A stretch of 64,000 bases of DNA from Candidatus Hydrogenedentota bacterium (GCA_963674865.2 CAXXYE010000009.1:960001-1024000); one strand, 5' to 3'; numbered from the stretch's first letter, positions 22,195 through 32,729 are shown. Translations and numbers: made by a program. The notes: a model not told the origin generated them from the letters alone.

Positions 22195-22407
22195 GCCGGC
22201 AAGGCCCAGCATGGGCCGGGCTGCGGCTCTCGATGCCGGCAAGATTGAAATTGCTTTCTCACGCCCTTATTATTGTGCACTCTTAGTTTTTCGGAGCCGC
22301 GTCATACCGGTTTCCGGTTTCAAGGCTGCGTGCAACGCAAGAACCCGCTCCGGGTATAGAAACACCGAAGTAGGCACGTGGCACGAACTCCAATTTGTGG
22401 TGACGGA

Positions 22408-23709
22408 ATGAGAAAGAACATTGTACACGTCGGCGCCGGAAGCCTCAGCTACGAAATCCGGGAGATCGTCGGCACTGCGTATGAGATCCGCGATCTCGGC
22501 ATCGACATCACCTGGGAGAACATCGGTGATCCGATCCAGAAGGGTGAGCACGTCACGAGCTGGATCAAGGATACCGTACAGACGTTGGTAGATGAGACGA
22601 CTTCCTGGGGCTACTGCGACACCCAGGGCGTTCCCGAGACGCGTGCGTTTCTTGCCGAAGGCGTGAACGCGCGGCCGGGCGGCGTCCAGATCACGGCGGA
22701 CGACATCATCTTCTTCAATGGTTTGGGCGATGCCGTTGCCAAGATCTACGGATTCCTGCGCCGCGAGGCGCGCGTTCTGGGCCCCTCCCCGGCTTACAGC
22801 ACCCATTCTTCGGCGGAGGCCGCCCATTCCGGCTATAGCCACGTTACCTACGAGCTCGACCCGCACAATGGGTGGCTCCCGGATATCGAGGATATCCGCA
22901 ATAAAGTGAAGTACAACGACTCCATCGCCGGTATCCTTTTGCTGTCGCCTGATAATCCGACGGGCGCGGTTTACCCCCGGGAGATCCTCGAAGAAATCGC
23001 CGAAATTGCCCGGCGGCACGACCTTTTCGTGATCGCCGACGAGATTTATGTTCACATCGTCTACAATGGCGCCCCCCGCATGCACATGAGCGAGTGGATC
23101 GGGGACGTGCCCGCCATTGCCATGCGGGGCATCAGCAAAGAGATCCCATGGCCCGGCGCGCGGTGCGGATGGATCGAGGTGCTCAACAAGGGCAGGGACA
23201 AGAACTTCGCGACGTACGTCAACAGCCTTCTGGCGGCGAAGCGCCTTGAGGTATCATCGACGACGCTTCCCCAGATGGCCATTCCCCCAATCATGGGCGA
23301 TCCGCGGTTTCCCGGGCATCTCGATCTGCGCGAAGCGTGCTTCGCGGCGCGAGCCCAGGAAGCCTATGACGCGTTCAAGGACTGCGACGCGGTTATCGTC
23401 AACAAGCCCGGCGGTGCATTTTACTTCACGGTAATGTTTAAGGAGGGTGTGCTCAACAAAGGGCAGAGCCTGCCTATTGACAACCCGAAGGTCCGCACTC
23501 GCGTTGAGGAACTCGTGCAAGGCGTTGCGCCGGACAAGCGCTTTGTCTATTACCTGATGGGCGCTACGGGGATAGTGGTCGTGCCGCTTACGGGATTCCA
23601 GTCCGACCACGACGGATTTCGGATGACTCTACTCGAGTCCGACGACGCCAAACGCGCTTGGATCTTCAAGACGCTTCGCGACGCCATCGACGCGTACATC
23701 GCAAGCTGA
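22408..23709 (+). CDS. Class I/II PLP-dependent aminotransferase (AlaA-like)
   Basis: NIGDP, PDNPTG, ADEIY, GISK..PGARCGW. Start at ATG 22408 (MRKNI). Confidence 0.88.
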   Translation: MRKNIVHVGAGSLSYEIREIVGTAYEIRDLGIDITWENIGDPIQKGEHVTSWIKDTVQTLVDETTSWGYCDTQGVPETRAFLAEGVNARPGGVQITADDIIFFNGLGDAVAKIYGFLRREARVLGPSPAYSTHSSAEAAHSGYSHVTYELDPHNGWLPDIEDIRNKVKYNDSIAGILLLSPDNPTGAVYPREILEEIAEIARRHDLFVIADEIYVHIVYNGAPRMHMSEWIGDVPAIAMRGISKEIPWPGARCGWIEVLNKGRDKNFATYVNSLLAAKRLEVSSTTLPQMAIPPIMGDPRFPGHLDLREACFAARAQEAYDAFKDCDAVIVNKPGGAFYFTVMFKEGVLNKGQSLPIDNPKVRTRVEELVQGVAPDKRFVYYLMGATGIVVVPLTGFQSDHDGFRMTLLESDDAKRAWIFKTLRDAIDAYIAS

Positions 23710-23813
23710 AGGGCGTCCGCGCCCTCGACTATCCGCGCTTGGAGTCTTTACCTGCCAATTCCCATGTCATGGGCGAGAACCGGTTGGGGTGTGCTCCCGA
23801 GTCCTTCGGCGGG

Positions 23814-25694
23814 CTATTTCATCGTGGGGACGATGATTCCGCGAAGGATGATCTTCTGGCAGAAGATGAAGACAAGCAAGGTTGGGACAGCGGCAATCAC
23901 AAGACTCGCCATCCAGATGGACTGATAGCTTTCATGGCCGAGCTGCCACAGGAACACCATCATCGTCCACATGTGTGGTTTCTGGCATATCAGGAATGCC
24001 CACATAAACCCGCCATAGGCCGCCGCAAAAGATCCTAGCGCGATCACCGCCAGGATAGGTTTCGACAAGGGGATTGTGATCTGCAGGAACATCCGAAGCT
24101 CACTGGCGCCATCTATCATGGCGGCCTCATAGAGTTCCGTCGGCAGGCTGTCGAAGTATCCCTTCAGGAGGAAGATTCCCATCCCGCTGGCCAAGCCCGG
24201 CAACACAAGCGCCCAATACGTGTTCAGGAGTCCCAGTTCCTTGATCAGAAGGAAATTCGGGATCATGGCGACTTCCTTCGGAAAGGCCATGGTCGCGAGC
24301 AGAAACAAGAGGATCTGATGAGAGTAGCGCAGGTTGAACCGCGATAGTCCATAGGCTGCCAGGGGCTGTACCGTCAGATGGCCGAATACGACGAGGGTAA
24401 CCAAGATGAAGCTGTTCAGAACCGCGCGCCCGTGGAAGAGGATATAGTCGAGTACCAGTCGGTAGTTGCGCAGGAAGAACTCCGAGCGGATCGCCTCCTT
24501 GTTCTTCCAGAAGGTCCACACGTCCGTCTCCGCCAGAGGCGGCAAGGCTTCGGCCCAGTTCTGCCATGCCAGTCCCTGTGCCGCATTGACGGCCTCGAGA
24601 CTTCCGTATTTCTCACGGAGCCAGTCGCGCCAAGCTCCCTCGACGGTAGCCAAGCGCTTTGCCGAAGCGGGCACATGGTTGTCCGTGAAAAGGACCCAGT
24701 CCGCGAATTGGAGGTCATTCGTAGGCATTACCGATGGGTAATCCGTTTCCGAGAGGAGGGGCAGGTCCGTGCCGTGCGCCGCGTTGTATTCGCGCACCCG
24801 TCCGTCGTAATCCCGGTGTTGAGCGAGGAGAAACGCCCGGAAAGCCTCGTCAAAATCGCCTTCCACGCGAAGGAGCGAAAGAGGAAAACGCTTCTTGGCG
24901 TACAAGTCCCATAGATCGCGCCACGGCCCTTCTTCCGAGGGACGCTCCGGAGGGAGTATTACGTCGTCTACGTCCTTGTAGGATGTCCCAAGATAGGCGT
25001 TGAGCTTGTCAACCGTGCCGATATGCCGCTCTATGTAGGCCCGAAGTCCGTAGCTGGCCAAGAGCGGCATCAGGTCCTCCGGCGCAAGAGTCTTGCGGAA
25101 TTGGAGATAGACCTCGCGCATTTCCGCTGCCTCGGGACGTGATTTGTGAGTCAGGGGGAATTCCGCGGGGACCACCTCTCGAAAGCCGTTGTATGCCGTG
25201 TCGTATTCCTTGTTGAGCGCCTCGATGTCGCCGCCATAGCGCGCCGACAGCCAATCCGCGAATTTCTGGTGTGTCGGACGCGTCCGCTTTTCGTCAATGT
25301 AGAAGGCCTGCAAGAGATTTGCGGGAATTGTCTCGATACATTCCAGCCAGTCCTTTACACGACTCTCCACGGCGGGATCCGCAACATCAAGGGGAGGAAT
25401 CTCGTCCAGGTACCGGAAGTTCGGTACCTCAAGGCGATGTACGCGCTTCGCTACGTTGAACTCGATGCCGTAGCGGTCGTCGAGCCACTTGCGGTATAAG
25501 GCCGTGTCGTTCCGGAGATAGGCCGGTACGATGCGCCAATCCTCAAAGTCCAGGTCCGTCGTCACCGACGCTCCCAGCATCAGCAAGAACGGGTACGCCA
25601 TCGTTACTGAGCCGAGCGTCAACACCAGATAGATTGTCCCGTAGATCATCCGCGCCGTCGGATTCTTCCGTTCTACGGGGCCAAAAAGCGCCAT
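23814..25694 (-). CDS. Carbohydrate ABC permease (MalG-like) with a very large extracytoplasmic repeat insert
   Basis: EAA loop (ELYEAAMIDGAS), C-terminal TMs, about 370-aa insert after TM1. Start at ATG 25694 (MALFG) after a GAGG RBS. Confidence 0.88.
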   Translation of the reverse strand: MALFGPVERKNPTARMIYGTIYLVLTLGSVTMAYPFLLMLGASVTTDLDFEDWRIVPAYLRNDTALYRKWLDDRYGIEFNVAKRVHRLEVPNFRYLDEIPPLDVADPAVESRVKDWLECIETIPANLLQAFYIDEKRTRPTHQKFADWLSARYGGDIEALNKEYDTAYNGFREVVPAEFPLTHKSRPEAAEMREVYLQFRKTLAPEDLMPLLASYGLRAYIERHIGTVDKLNAYLGTSYKDVDDVILPPERPSEEGPWRDLWDLYAKKRFPLSLLRVEGDFDEAFRAFLLAQHRDYDGRVREYNAAHGTDLPLLSETDYPSVMPTNDLQFADWVLFTDNHVPASAKRLATVEGAWRDWLREKYGSLEAVNAAQGLAWQNWAEALPPLAETDVWTFWKNKEAIRSEFFLRNYRLVLDYILFHGRAVLNSFILVTLVVFGHLTVQPLAAYGLSRFNLRYSHQILLFLLATMAFPKEVAMIPNFLLIKELGLLNTYWALVLPGLASGMGIFLLKGYFDSLPTELYEAAMIDGASELRMFLQITIPLSKPILAVIALGSFAAAYGGFMWAFLICQKPHMWTMMVFLWQLGHESYQSIWMASLVIAAVPTLLVFIFCQKIILRGIIVPTMK

Positions 25695-25711
25695 CGATAC
25701 CTCGCTGCTTC

Positions 25712-28519
25712 CTACTCGACCTGATTGGCCGTCTTGAACTCGACTCGCTTGAGAATCCGGAGCTGTACCACCGTGAAGCCGATGAGCGTAGAGCCGAGAA
25801 CCCAGGCCATTGCCGTCGCGTAGCCGAAACGTAGATAGAGAAACGCGTTCGCCCAGATGTGAATACCCATCACCATGGTCGAGTTTGCCGGCCCGCCGCC
25901 GGTCATGACGAACACGTTCTGCATAGCGTGAAACGCCCCGATAAACGCGCCAATGAAGTTGATCATGATCAACGCGCGGATTGCGGGGAACATGACGTGT
26001 CGAATCTTGTGGAAAAAATTCCCGCCGTCCAATGCGATGGATTCGTAGAGGTCTTCGGGCACCGTCTTCAACGCCGCCAGGTAGATGAGGCATCCGGGCC
26101 CGGCCCCGGCCCAGACTCCGGGAAGCACCACGCACACCATCGCGATGCCGGGCGTGTGCAGCCAGTCAATATAGGTTACGTCCGGGCCCACGACATGGAG
26201 AAAATGAAGGATCGGCATCATGATCCGGTTCAGAAAGCCGTTGGGTGTGGGCGCATACAGCATCTTCCAAAGGAACATGATCACCAAACCGGTTGTAACC
26301 GCCGGGAGGTAGAACATCGTCCGGAAGAACATCTTGCCCTTCGGCACTTCGCTCAAGAGAATGGCCAAGATGATCGGGGCGAAGAAGCCGATACTGAGGC
26401 TGATTCCAACGTACTGCACCGTGGCGCGAACGGAGTTCCAGAAATCCGGGCTCGTCATCACCTCGATGAAGTTCTGAAGGCCGACGAATTCACTCTTCGC
26501 ATACGAAGATATCTTGTAGTCGAAGAAGGCCATGAACGTCCCGCGGAAAAGCGGGAGATACTGCCACAACGTTACCGTCAAGAGCGCTGGCGCTAGAACA
26601 AGAGCCGCGATCATGGCGTTCCGTTTGCGCCCCGCGCCTGCGCCTACCACTTGGGATGCCTTGCTCGCCAGCGTCCCCGAGCGCGTGTCTGAACGCGCGC
26701 GGAGGGTGTAGATGAATGCCGCCAGAACCAGCGGCACTACAATACAGAAGGCCACGCTGCCCCAGAAATTCCGACGCCGTATCACTTCCGGCGGCACAAT
26801 TCGATACAGCTTCTCATTCGTCTGGTGCATGCTCGTAGCCGCCACTTCCGCGGGATCCCGCTCCTGGCCCCCCTGGAAGACGATGGTATCGACGGGCACC
26901 GCTAGCTCCGTGCCTTCGACGTGCTGGTAATGCAAATCATGCGGTTGGACCCGGCCGTATTTTGGCGCCATCTCGAGCGCTTCCCGGAAACTCGGCTCGT
27001 AGTCGTCGTATTCCTCGTCATAACCGAACTTCTCAAGCAACTGCGGACGGATGAGGTGCGCGTATCCATTCTTCACGTAAATGTCCGTTCGGATACGTTG
27101 CGCTTCCTCGCTGCACTGGAAAACGAGATACTCCCACGCGGCCTCCATCACTCGCGGATCCCGAATCGCCTGTGAACTCAGGCACCACGCCGTCCCCCCC
27201 GTGATCGCGCGCCGGACGCCGCCGGGGAGGCCCGATTGGGGCGGCGGGCCAAAACCTATCTGATCAGGTCGCAGGCCCCCTTTCGACACGACTATGTCAA
27301 TCTTGTCCGGGCGCACATGATCCAACATCATCGCGATCTCGCCCCGGTAGAACATCTCTTCTATCTCGCCGCCGACGCGAACCACACCGGTATAGACTGG
27401 CGCATCGTGGAGATCCCGCGCGCATTCCCGGCATGTGAACACCCTCTTCTCCGGGGGAACCGGAAGCGATGTTCCACAGACTCGGCAAGGCACGCTTTCA
27501 ACATGTCCGTGCACAGGATTCGGCTCATGACACTTCGGGCACACTACCGTGGGAAGGTCCTGCGCCTCGCCGCACGCTGGGCACCGCGTCCACTCCGACC
27601 AGCGGAGTTTTTTGTAGAACCGCAATGCCTCTTGGCCCGGCTCGCGCCCATACGTCACCTTCCACGTGCGAGGCTGATCGATCAGACTACGTCCGCACTC
27701 TCGACACGCGCATATGCGGTCTTCCTTGACAAATTCATTGACGGTGCCGTCGTCCGGGCACACCCGCTCCTGCATCGTCATGTTGCCGCCGGCTTGCCAA
27801 ACGAAATTCGTGAAGATGAAGCCCGCCTCATAGCCGGTGCGGATCGCCGTTCCGTACTGCCCCGCGTGGAATTTCGCTCCCTCGACTACGCGCTGCGGAA
27901 ACGTAAGCGTCTGGGCGAATTGGTAGTACTCGTTCCAATTCGACGGTGGTCGGGGAGGGACAATCCCGGCCGCCTCGAACAGGTCCCGCCGGTACCACAT
28001 GGTGAGGATCCAGTAGTCGCTGAGCAAGGCATAGAGCTTGCCGTCCTCGCCTTTGGCCGCGTCCCAATGATCCTCTGTCAGGCCCAGCGTAGGCACTTCC
28101 CAGCCTGGGTGCGCGCCCTTGTACTCCTCGATAAGCCCGTCCAGGGGGTACACGAGGCCGAGTCGAATGTAGTTCTGGACTTGGCGCATGCTCATGAAGA
28201 ACACGTCCGGGCCGCGCTCGCCCGCAAATGCCATCATGGATTGGGCTTCGCTCATGCCCTCGGGCAATGAAATGCCGGTGGTCGGCTCATAGCTGTATTC
28301 AGGATGCTTCCGAAAGAACTCGTCAAAGACCTTGAGTGCGGCGAGGTTGCTGATGGCCGTAGAACTGCGCTGAGGTACGAACGCCAAGCGAAAGACGACC
28401 TCTTTCCCGGCCCCCGTGTCTTCTTCACTCCCCGCGGCCGGCCCTGCCATCATCGCCAAGGCCAGCGCAATACAACACAGCCCCCGAAAGCTGCGTTCAT
28501 CAAAAGAGGGAGATGTCAC
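25712..28519 (-). CDS. Fused sugar solute-binding protein plus MalF-like permease, with Cys-rich inserts
   Basis: Signal peptide; SBP motifs GPDV, MWYRRDLFEAAG, PSNWNEY; C-terminal FVGLQNF and EDLYESIALDGG permease. Confidence 0.87.
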   Translation of the reverse strand: MTSPSFDERSFRGLCCIALALAMMAGPAAGSEEDTGAGKEVVFRLAFVPQRSSTAISNLAALKVFDEFFRKHPEYSYEPTTGISLPEGMSEAQSMMAFAGERGPDVFFMSMRQVQNYIRLGLVYPLDGLIEEYKGAHPGWEVPTLGLTEDHWDAAKGEDGKLYALLSDYWILTMWYRRDLFEAAGIVPPRPPSNWNEYYQFAQTLTFPQRVVEGAKFHAGQYGTAIRTGYEAGFIFTNFVWQAGGNMTMQERVCPDDGTVNEFVKEDRICACRECGRSLIDQPRTWKVTYGREPGQEALRFYKKLRWSEWTRCPACGEAQDLPTVVCPKCHEPNPVHGHVESVPCRVCGTSLPVPPEKRVFTCRECARDLHDAPVYTGVVRVGGEIEEMFYRGEIAMMLDHVRPDKIDIVVSKGGLRPDQIGFGPPPQSGLPGGVRRAITGGTAWCLSSQAIRDPRVMEAAWEYLVFQCSEEAQRIRTDIYVKNGYAHLIRPQLLEKFGYDEEYDDYEPSFREALEMAPKYGRVQPHDLHYQHVEGTELAVPVDTIVFQGGQERDPAEVAATSMHQTNEKLYRIVPPEVIRRRNFWGSVAFCIVVPLVLAAFIYTLRARSDTRSGTLASKASQVVGAGAGRKRNAMIAALVLAPALLTVTLWQYLPLFRGTFMAFFDYKISSYAKSEFVGLQNFIEVMTSPDFWNSVRATVQYVGISLSIGFFAPIILAILLSEVPKGKMFFRTMFYLPAVTTGLVIMFLWKMLYAPTPNGFLNRIMMPILHFLHVVGPDVTYIDWLHTPGIAMVCVVLPGVWAGAGPGCLIYLAALKTVPEDLYESIALDGGNFFHKIRHVMFPAIRALIMINFIGAFIGAFHAMQNVFVMTGGGPANSTMVMGIHIWANAFLYLRFGYATAMAWVLGSTLIGFTVVQLRILKRVEFKTANQVE

Positions 28520-28678
28520 ACGTTATTCCTACACCCAAGAAAGCGATAGCAAACAGATTGCGTAGACCTGCCCACCAAGAAACGAAACCAGGAATGAACG
28601 CCCCAACCCGTGGACGAACATCACCCCGATCAGTGGCATGGGTAAAACTACAACTGGATGTCAAAATACCATCAAGGG

Positions 28679-28692
28679 CGGAATCGATTCAA
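28679..28692. promoter_or_regulatory. Candidate LacI-family operator upstream of the sugar ABC genes
   Basis: Perfect palindrome GAATCGATTC (28681-28690), matching the AANCGNTT core. Confidence 0.35.
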
Positions 28693-28729
28693 GGGCCGGC
28701 CCAACCTTTGTGTCGCGCCTGCCGACACT

Positions 28730-29683
28730 CTAGCCTTCTGCGGCGCGCCGCTCGAGGAGATCCGAGAAATAGCCGACCGTTCGCTCCAGTCCTTCACTGA
28801 GCGGCACCGTCGGCTGCCATTGGAGGCGTTCGCGCGCTTGCGAGATATCCGGCTTGCGGCGGACGGGATCGTCTGATGGAAGCTCCTTGTACACAAGCTC
28901 TGAGCTGCTTCCCGTGAGTTCCAAGAGCCGCTCCGCCAGCGTCTTGATCGTCACCTCGTCAGGATTGCCCAGGTTCACCGGCCCGGTGAAATCCTCGCAG
29001 TCCATCATGCGGATAAGGCCTTCCACCAGGTCCGACACGAAGCAGAAGGAACGTGTCTGGCTGCCATCGCCGTAGATCGTTATGGGCTCGCCGCGCAGTG
29101 CCTGGACGGCGAAGTTGCTCACGACGCGGCCGTCGTTCACCAACATCCGCGGCCCGTAGGTGTTGAATATTCGTACGACGCGGATATCCACACGGTTCTG
29201 GCGATGGTAATCGAAGAACAGCGTTTCCGCGACGCGCTTGCCTTCATCGTAGCAACTGCGCACCCCGATGGGATTTACGTTGCCCCAGTAGTTCTCTTGC
29301 TGCGGATGCACCGTCGGATTTCCGTACACTTCCGACGTGGACGCCTGCAAAATGCGCGCCTTCACGCGCTTGGCAAGGCCCAACATAATGAGCGCGCCCA
29401 TCACATTTGTCTTGATCGTTTTCACGGGATTGTACTGGTAGTGAACCGGCGATGCCGGGCACGCCAAGTTGTAGATCCGATCGACTTCCACGAGGAGCGG
29501 CGTTGTGACATCGTGCCGGATGATCTCGAACTTGGGATGGCCGCAGAGGTGAACAATGTTCTCCTTGCGGCCCGTGAAGAAGTTGTCCAGGCAAAGGACT
29601 TCCTCCCCGCGGGCCAGAAGCCGCTCGCACAGGTGCGAGCCGATGAAGCCCGCGCCGCCCGTTATAAGATTGATGTGGGACAT
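28730..29683 (-). CDS. uxs: UDP-glucuronate decarboxylase (UDP-xylose synthase), extended SDR
   Basis: [36 protein letters not shown]. Confidence 0.92.
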   Translation of the reverse strand: MSHINLITGGAGFIGSHLCERLLARGEEVLCLDNFFTGRKENIVHLCGHPKFEIIRHDVTTPLLVEVDRIYNLACPASPVHYQYNPVKTIKTNVMGALIMLGLAKRVKARILQASTSEVYGNPTVHPQQENYWGNVNPIGVRSCYDEGKRVAETLFFDYHRQNRVDIRVVRIFNTYGPRMLVNDGRVVSNFAVQALRGEPITIYGDGSQTRSFCFVSDLVEGLIRMMDCEDFTGPVNLGNPDEVTIKTLAERLLELTGSSSELVYKELPSDDPVRRKPDISQARERLQWQPTVPLSEGLERTVGYFSDLLERRAAEG

Positions 29684-29711
29684 TCCTATCTCCTATTACC
29701 GTCCGCCGGGC

Positions 29712-30749
29712 TTACCAATGCCGCAGTCCCCTGCGCGCGAGGTAGATGGGGATCACTTTGAACGAGGCGTTCACTGAGGGCAGCGCCTCCGCGAATGCCC
29801 GTTTGCGGGCACTCTCCGCGCCGAACAGAAGTGTCAGCGAGCCGCCCTCTCCTCCCGCGCCGTTTACCTTCCAGCCTATCGCTCCGTGTTCCCGGGCCAA
29901 GGCGATTACCGACTGCGCCCCTTCCGATACCAGGGCCGGATGCAGCGCTCCTTGCGCTTCGGTATTCAGCGTCATGGCCCGCCCGAAGCCATTGAGATTC
30001 CCTGCCAATAGCGCGTTTTTTCCATCGTATGCCGCGCGGCGAAGAGGTTCCAGCGCCGATTTATCCGCATCCTCGGCCTCGAGCCGCGCGATCACCTGCC
30101 CGTGCACCTCGCTTGACGAGTGCGTGCGCCCGAGGTAGACGAGCATCAGCCGCCGCTCGAGTTCCCACCATAACCTGTCGGGAATGGGAACGGGCGATAC
30201 GGATGCTTCCGGATAGTGGAACATCTCGATGAAACTGATCCCCCCGTAGCTCGAACAGAGCTGATCCTGTATGCCGCATTGCAGCCCCAGCTTCTCCGTT
30301 TCCACGCGATGCGCCAAGGCAGCTACTTCGTGCGCGGTGCGCTGCCCCGGCGTCAGCAAGTCCAGGGCCCCAATCAAAGCCACCGTCACCGCTGCCGAGG
30401 TTCCCGTCGAACATCCCGCGGGCGCGGCCGAATACAGGTTCACCTCAAAGGAGAGCGACTCGGGCAGCTCCATGATTTCGACAGCGGCTTCCAGCAGCGG
30501 GTGGCGATCATACTCTCCTTGGCCGGGCTCGATGGCGTATCGCTCGCCGAAATTCTCCGCATGGATCGTAATCTGGCGCGGCGCGCCTTCTTTTCGCTCC
30601 GTCGCGAAAATCTGCACCTCCGCAAACGGATATACGGCGATATTCAGTACGGCGCCCTTCTCGGCAAACCACGTATCCGTCCATCCACCGAGGTCGCAAA
30701 TGCGGATCGGCGCCACCGCGTTCAGCACCCTTTGCATCGGCATTGTCAT
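29712..30749 (-). CDS. GHMP-family sugar kinase (HddA/heptose-7-phosphate kinase-like)
   Basis: APIRI..GGWTD, PAGCSTGTSAA, GIQDQ, KVNGAGGEGG. Confidence 0.82.
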   Translation of the reverse strand: MTMPMQRVLNAVAPIRICDLGGWTDTWFAEKGAVLNIAVYPFAEVQIFATERKEGAPRQITIHAENFGERYAIEPGQGEYDRHPLLEAAVEIMELPESLSFEVNLYSAAPAGCSTGTSAAVTVALIGALDLLTPGQRTAHEVAALAHRVETEKLGLQCGIQDQLCSSYGGISFIEMFHYPEASVSPVPIPDRLWWELERRLMLVYLGRTHSSSEVHGQVIARLEAEDADKSALEPLRRAAYDGKNALLAGNLNGFGRAMTLNTEAQGALHPALVSEGAQSVIALAREHGAIGWKVNGAGGEGGSLTLLFGAESARKRAFAEALPSVNASFKVIPIYLARRGLRHW

Positions 30750-30823
30750 CGGGCATGTTCTCCTACACTTGCTAACGGCTGCCCTGCAAGAACGGTTTGG
30801 AGTCTAGCCGATGCGGCGGGCTC

Positions 30824-30852
30824 TTGTCACCTCCGGTTTTATGGGCTATAAT
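30824..30852 (+). promoter_or_regulatory. sigma70 promoter of the helicase-associated gene
   Basis: TTGTCA (30824)-17 bp-TATAAT (30847). Confidence 0.7.
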
Positions 30853-30893
30853 TGTGGATTGTTCGTTTTTGGGCCACACAAAAAGGGATTCTT

Positions 30894-32729
30894 ATGCGCC
30901 ATGGCGCCAGTCTAGTCGCGGCGATGGAGGGTATTTCCCGGCCCGCGTTCCGAATCGCCAGGGAACTTGCGCAGAACAGCCGTTCCGGCCTTACCGTGCG
31001 CTTCCTGGCCAAGAAGCTCGAAATTCCCGCCGAGGAGGTCGAGTATCTCGTAGATCTCCACCACCGCTTGCTGTTCATCGACATCACCAAGGTCAAACTT
31101 GCCGCCGAAGGCCACAGTGCCGTGAAGCGCATCGTCCAGGGACTGGAGAACCGCGGGGATGTGCCGTCCTTGTTCCGCTTGGTCAAAGCACTGAGCGCCC
31201 ACGAGTTCCGTCGCCTCGAAGAGCAGATTGGCGTCGAGAAGCCCGGTACCAAGAAAGCCGCCGCCCAGCACCTGCTCGAGCGCTTCTACACCACGCCCGA
31301 AGCCATCGTCTCCTATGTTGCCACGCGTGGCTATTCTCCCAAGGCTCGCGAACTGTTTGATATCGTTTGGCAATCCAAGGACGGCGTCATGCCTGTCTCC
31401 AAGATCCGCGCGACGTACGGCGGATCCGACTACGACGTGGAACAGGCCCTGTGGGAGCTCTTTCGAGGTTGCTCCCTATTTGAGATGTTCCGGTTTGATG
31501 CCGAAGATCGCCTTGTGCGCGTCGCCGGCCTTCTCTCCGAAATACGGCAATGGCGCGACGCCAACGCCGGCGCTCGCCGGCGTCGCCACGCGTTGAAACG
31601 CGCCCGCGGCGCCCCAGTGGACATCGATGAGCGCGAACTCGACCTCTCTGATCGGGCCTGCCGTCTGGTGGCCGCCATAGCCGCGAAGCCCGCTCGGCTC
31701 CGGAACGACGGCGAACTCTTCCGCGAAGATCGGGCCCGGCTGGAGCCTCTTGGCCCCGAAGGAGTCGAGCCTTCCCTCAACACGCTTCTCTGGATGGCCG
31801 AGGGCGTGGGCTGGCTTGCCCGCGTTGACAACGAGTTGCGCGCGGGGGAGTTGGAGGACCTCATCGAACTGAGCCGCCTTCAGCGCCACCGCATTCTCTT
31901 CGATTGGCTTACGGCCCGAACGAACGAAGCCATGGCCCGGCGTTCCCTTATCGAGATGCTCGACGAGATGAAGCCGGGAACGTGGTATCCCACCATGGAC
32001 GCCGTCCGGCATGCGGTTGTGTCCGGGCAGGATGGAGAGCAACCCGTGCTTCAACCGGCAAGCGGGCGCTGGCACTATGTCAATCCCAGCGCGGCCGCGG
32101 GCTCCGAGAAGGCCCTTACCCGGGCGCTCGAGGAGACCTTTTTGTGGTTGGGGATAGTCGCCCGGGGCGGTATCGACGGCGCCGGCGTTTTTCGTGTGAC
32201 CCCTCTCGGCCGGGCGCTTCTCACTGGGAAGGCTCTCGACAAACTTGACACCTCCTATCCCCAGAGAAAGGCCGAAGTCGTCGTTCAGCCCAATTTCGAC
32301 GTGGTGGTCCCTTCACAAGACATGGATCCTCTCCTCACCGTACCTCTCGATCAGTTCGCGCTGCGCGCCAGCACGGGGCACGCCACCGTCTACACCGTCA
32401 CGAAGGACTCCTTCACCCAGGCCATCCAAGAGGGACACGACGCGGATGCCTTTCTCGACTTCCTTCTCGTCCACAACCGCCGCGGCACCCTTCCCACGAA
32501 CGTTATGACGACCCTCGATGACTGGCGGGGCGGCATCAAACGCGTCCGCCTTCGCACCATACACGTCCTCGAGACCGATGACCCCCTTGTCCTCGCAGAT
32601 CTCATGCATCGCCGCCGGTTCAAGAAATGCCTTACTCCCCTGGATCGCCAGCGGGTTGTCGCCTACCGCGATGTCTCCAAATCCGACCTCGCACGCGAAC
32701 TCGAGAAAGACGGATTCGTTGTCGATTAG
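30894..32729 (+). CDS. Helicase-associated domain protein (Helicase_C_3 / XPB N-terminal-like domain; no helicase motor)
   Basis: C-terminal VVVQPNFDVVV..LDQFA..YTVTKDSFTQAIQEG..LPTNVMTTLDDW signature, HTH-like N-terminus, no Walker A. Start at ATG 30894. Confidence 0.75.
   Translation: MRHGASLVAAMEGISRPAFRIARELAQNSRSGLTVRFLAKKLEIPAEEVEYLVDLHHRLLFIDITKVKLAAEGHSAVKRIVQGLENRGDVPSLFRLVKALSAHEFRRLEEQIGVEKPGTKKAAAQHLLERFYTTPEAIVSYVATRGYSPKARELFDIVWQSKDGVMPVSKIRATYGGSDYDVEQALWELFRGCSLFEMFRFDAEDRLVRVAGLLSEIRQWRDANAGARRRRHALKRARGAPVDIDERELDLSDRACRLVAAIAAKPARLRNDGELFREDRARLEPLGPEGVEPSLNTLLWMAEGVGWLARVDNELRAGELEDLIELSRLQRHRILFDWLTARTNEAMARRSLIEMLDEMKPGTWYPTMDAVRHAVVSGQDGEQPVLQPASGRWHYVNPSAAAGSEKALTRALEETFLWLGIVARGGIDGAGVFRVTPLGRALLTGKALDKLDTSYPQRKAEVVVQPNFDVVVPSQDMDPLLTVPLDQFALRASTGHATVYTVTKDSFTQAIQEGHDADAFLDFLLVHNRRGTLPTNVMTTLDDWRGGIKRVRLRTIHVLETDDPLVLADLMHRRRFKKCLTPLDRQRVVAYRDVSKSDLARELEKDGFVVD

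Noticed and set aside
32643..32729. DGR template/variable repeat pair with 61046-61132
   Set aside because: Mismatches are mostly synonymous third positions and not adenine-specific; no reverse transcriptase in the window.
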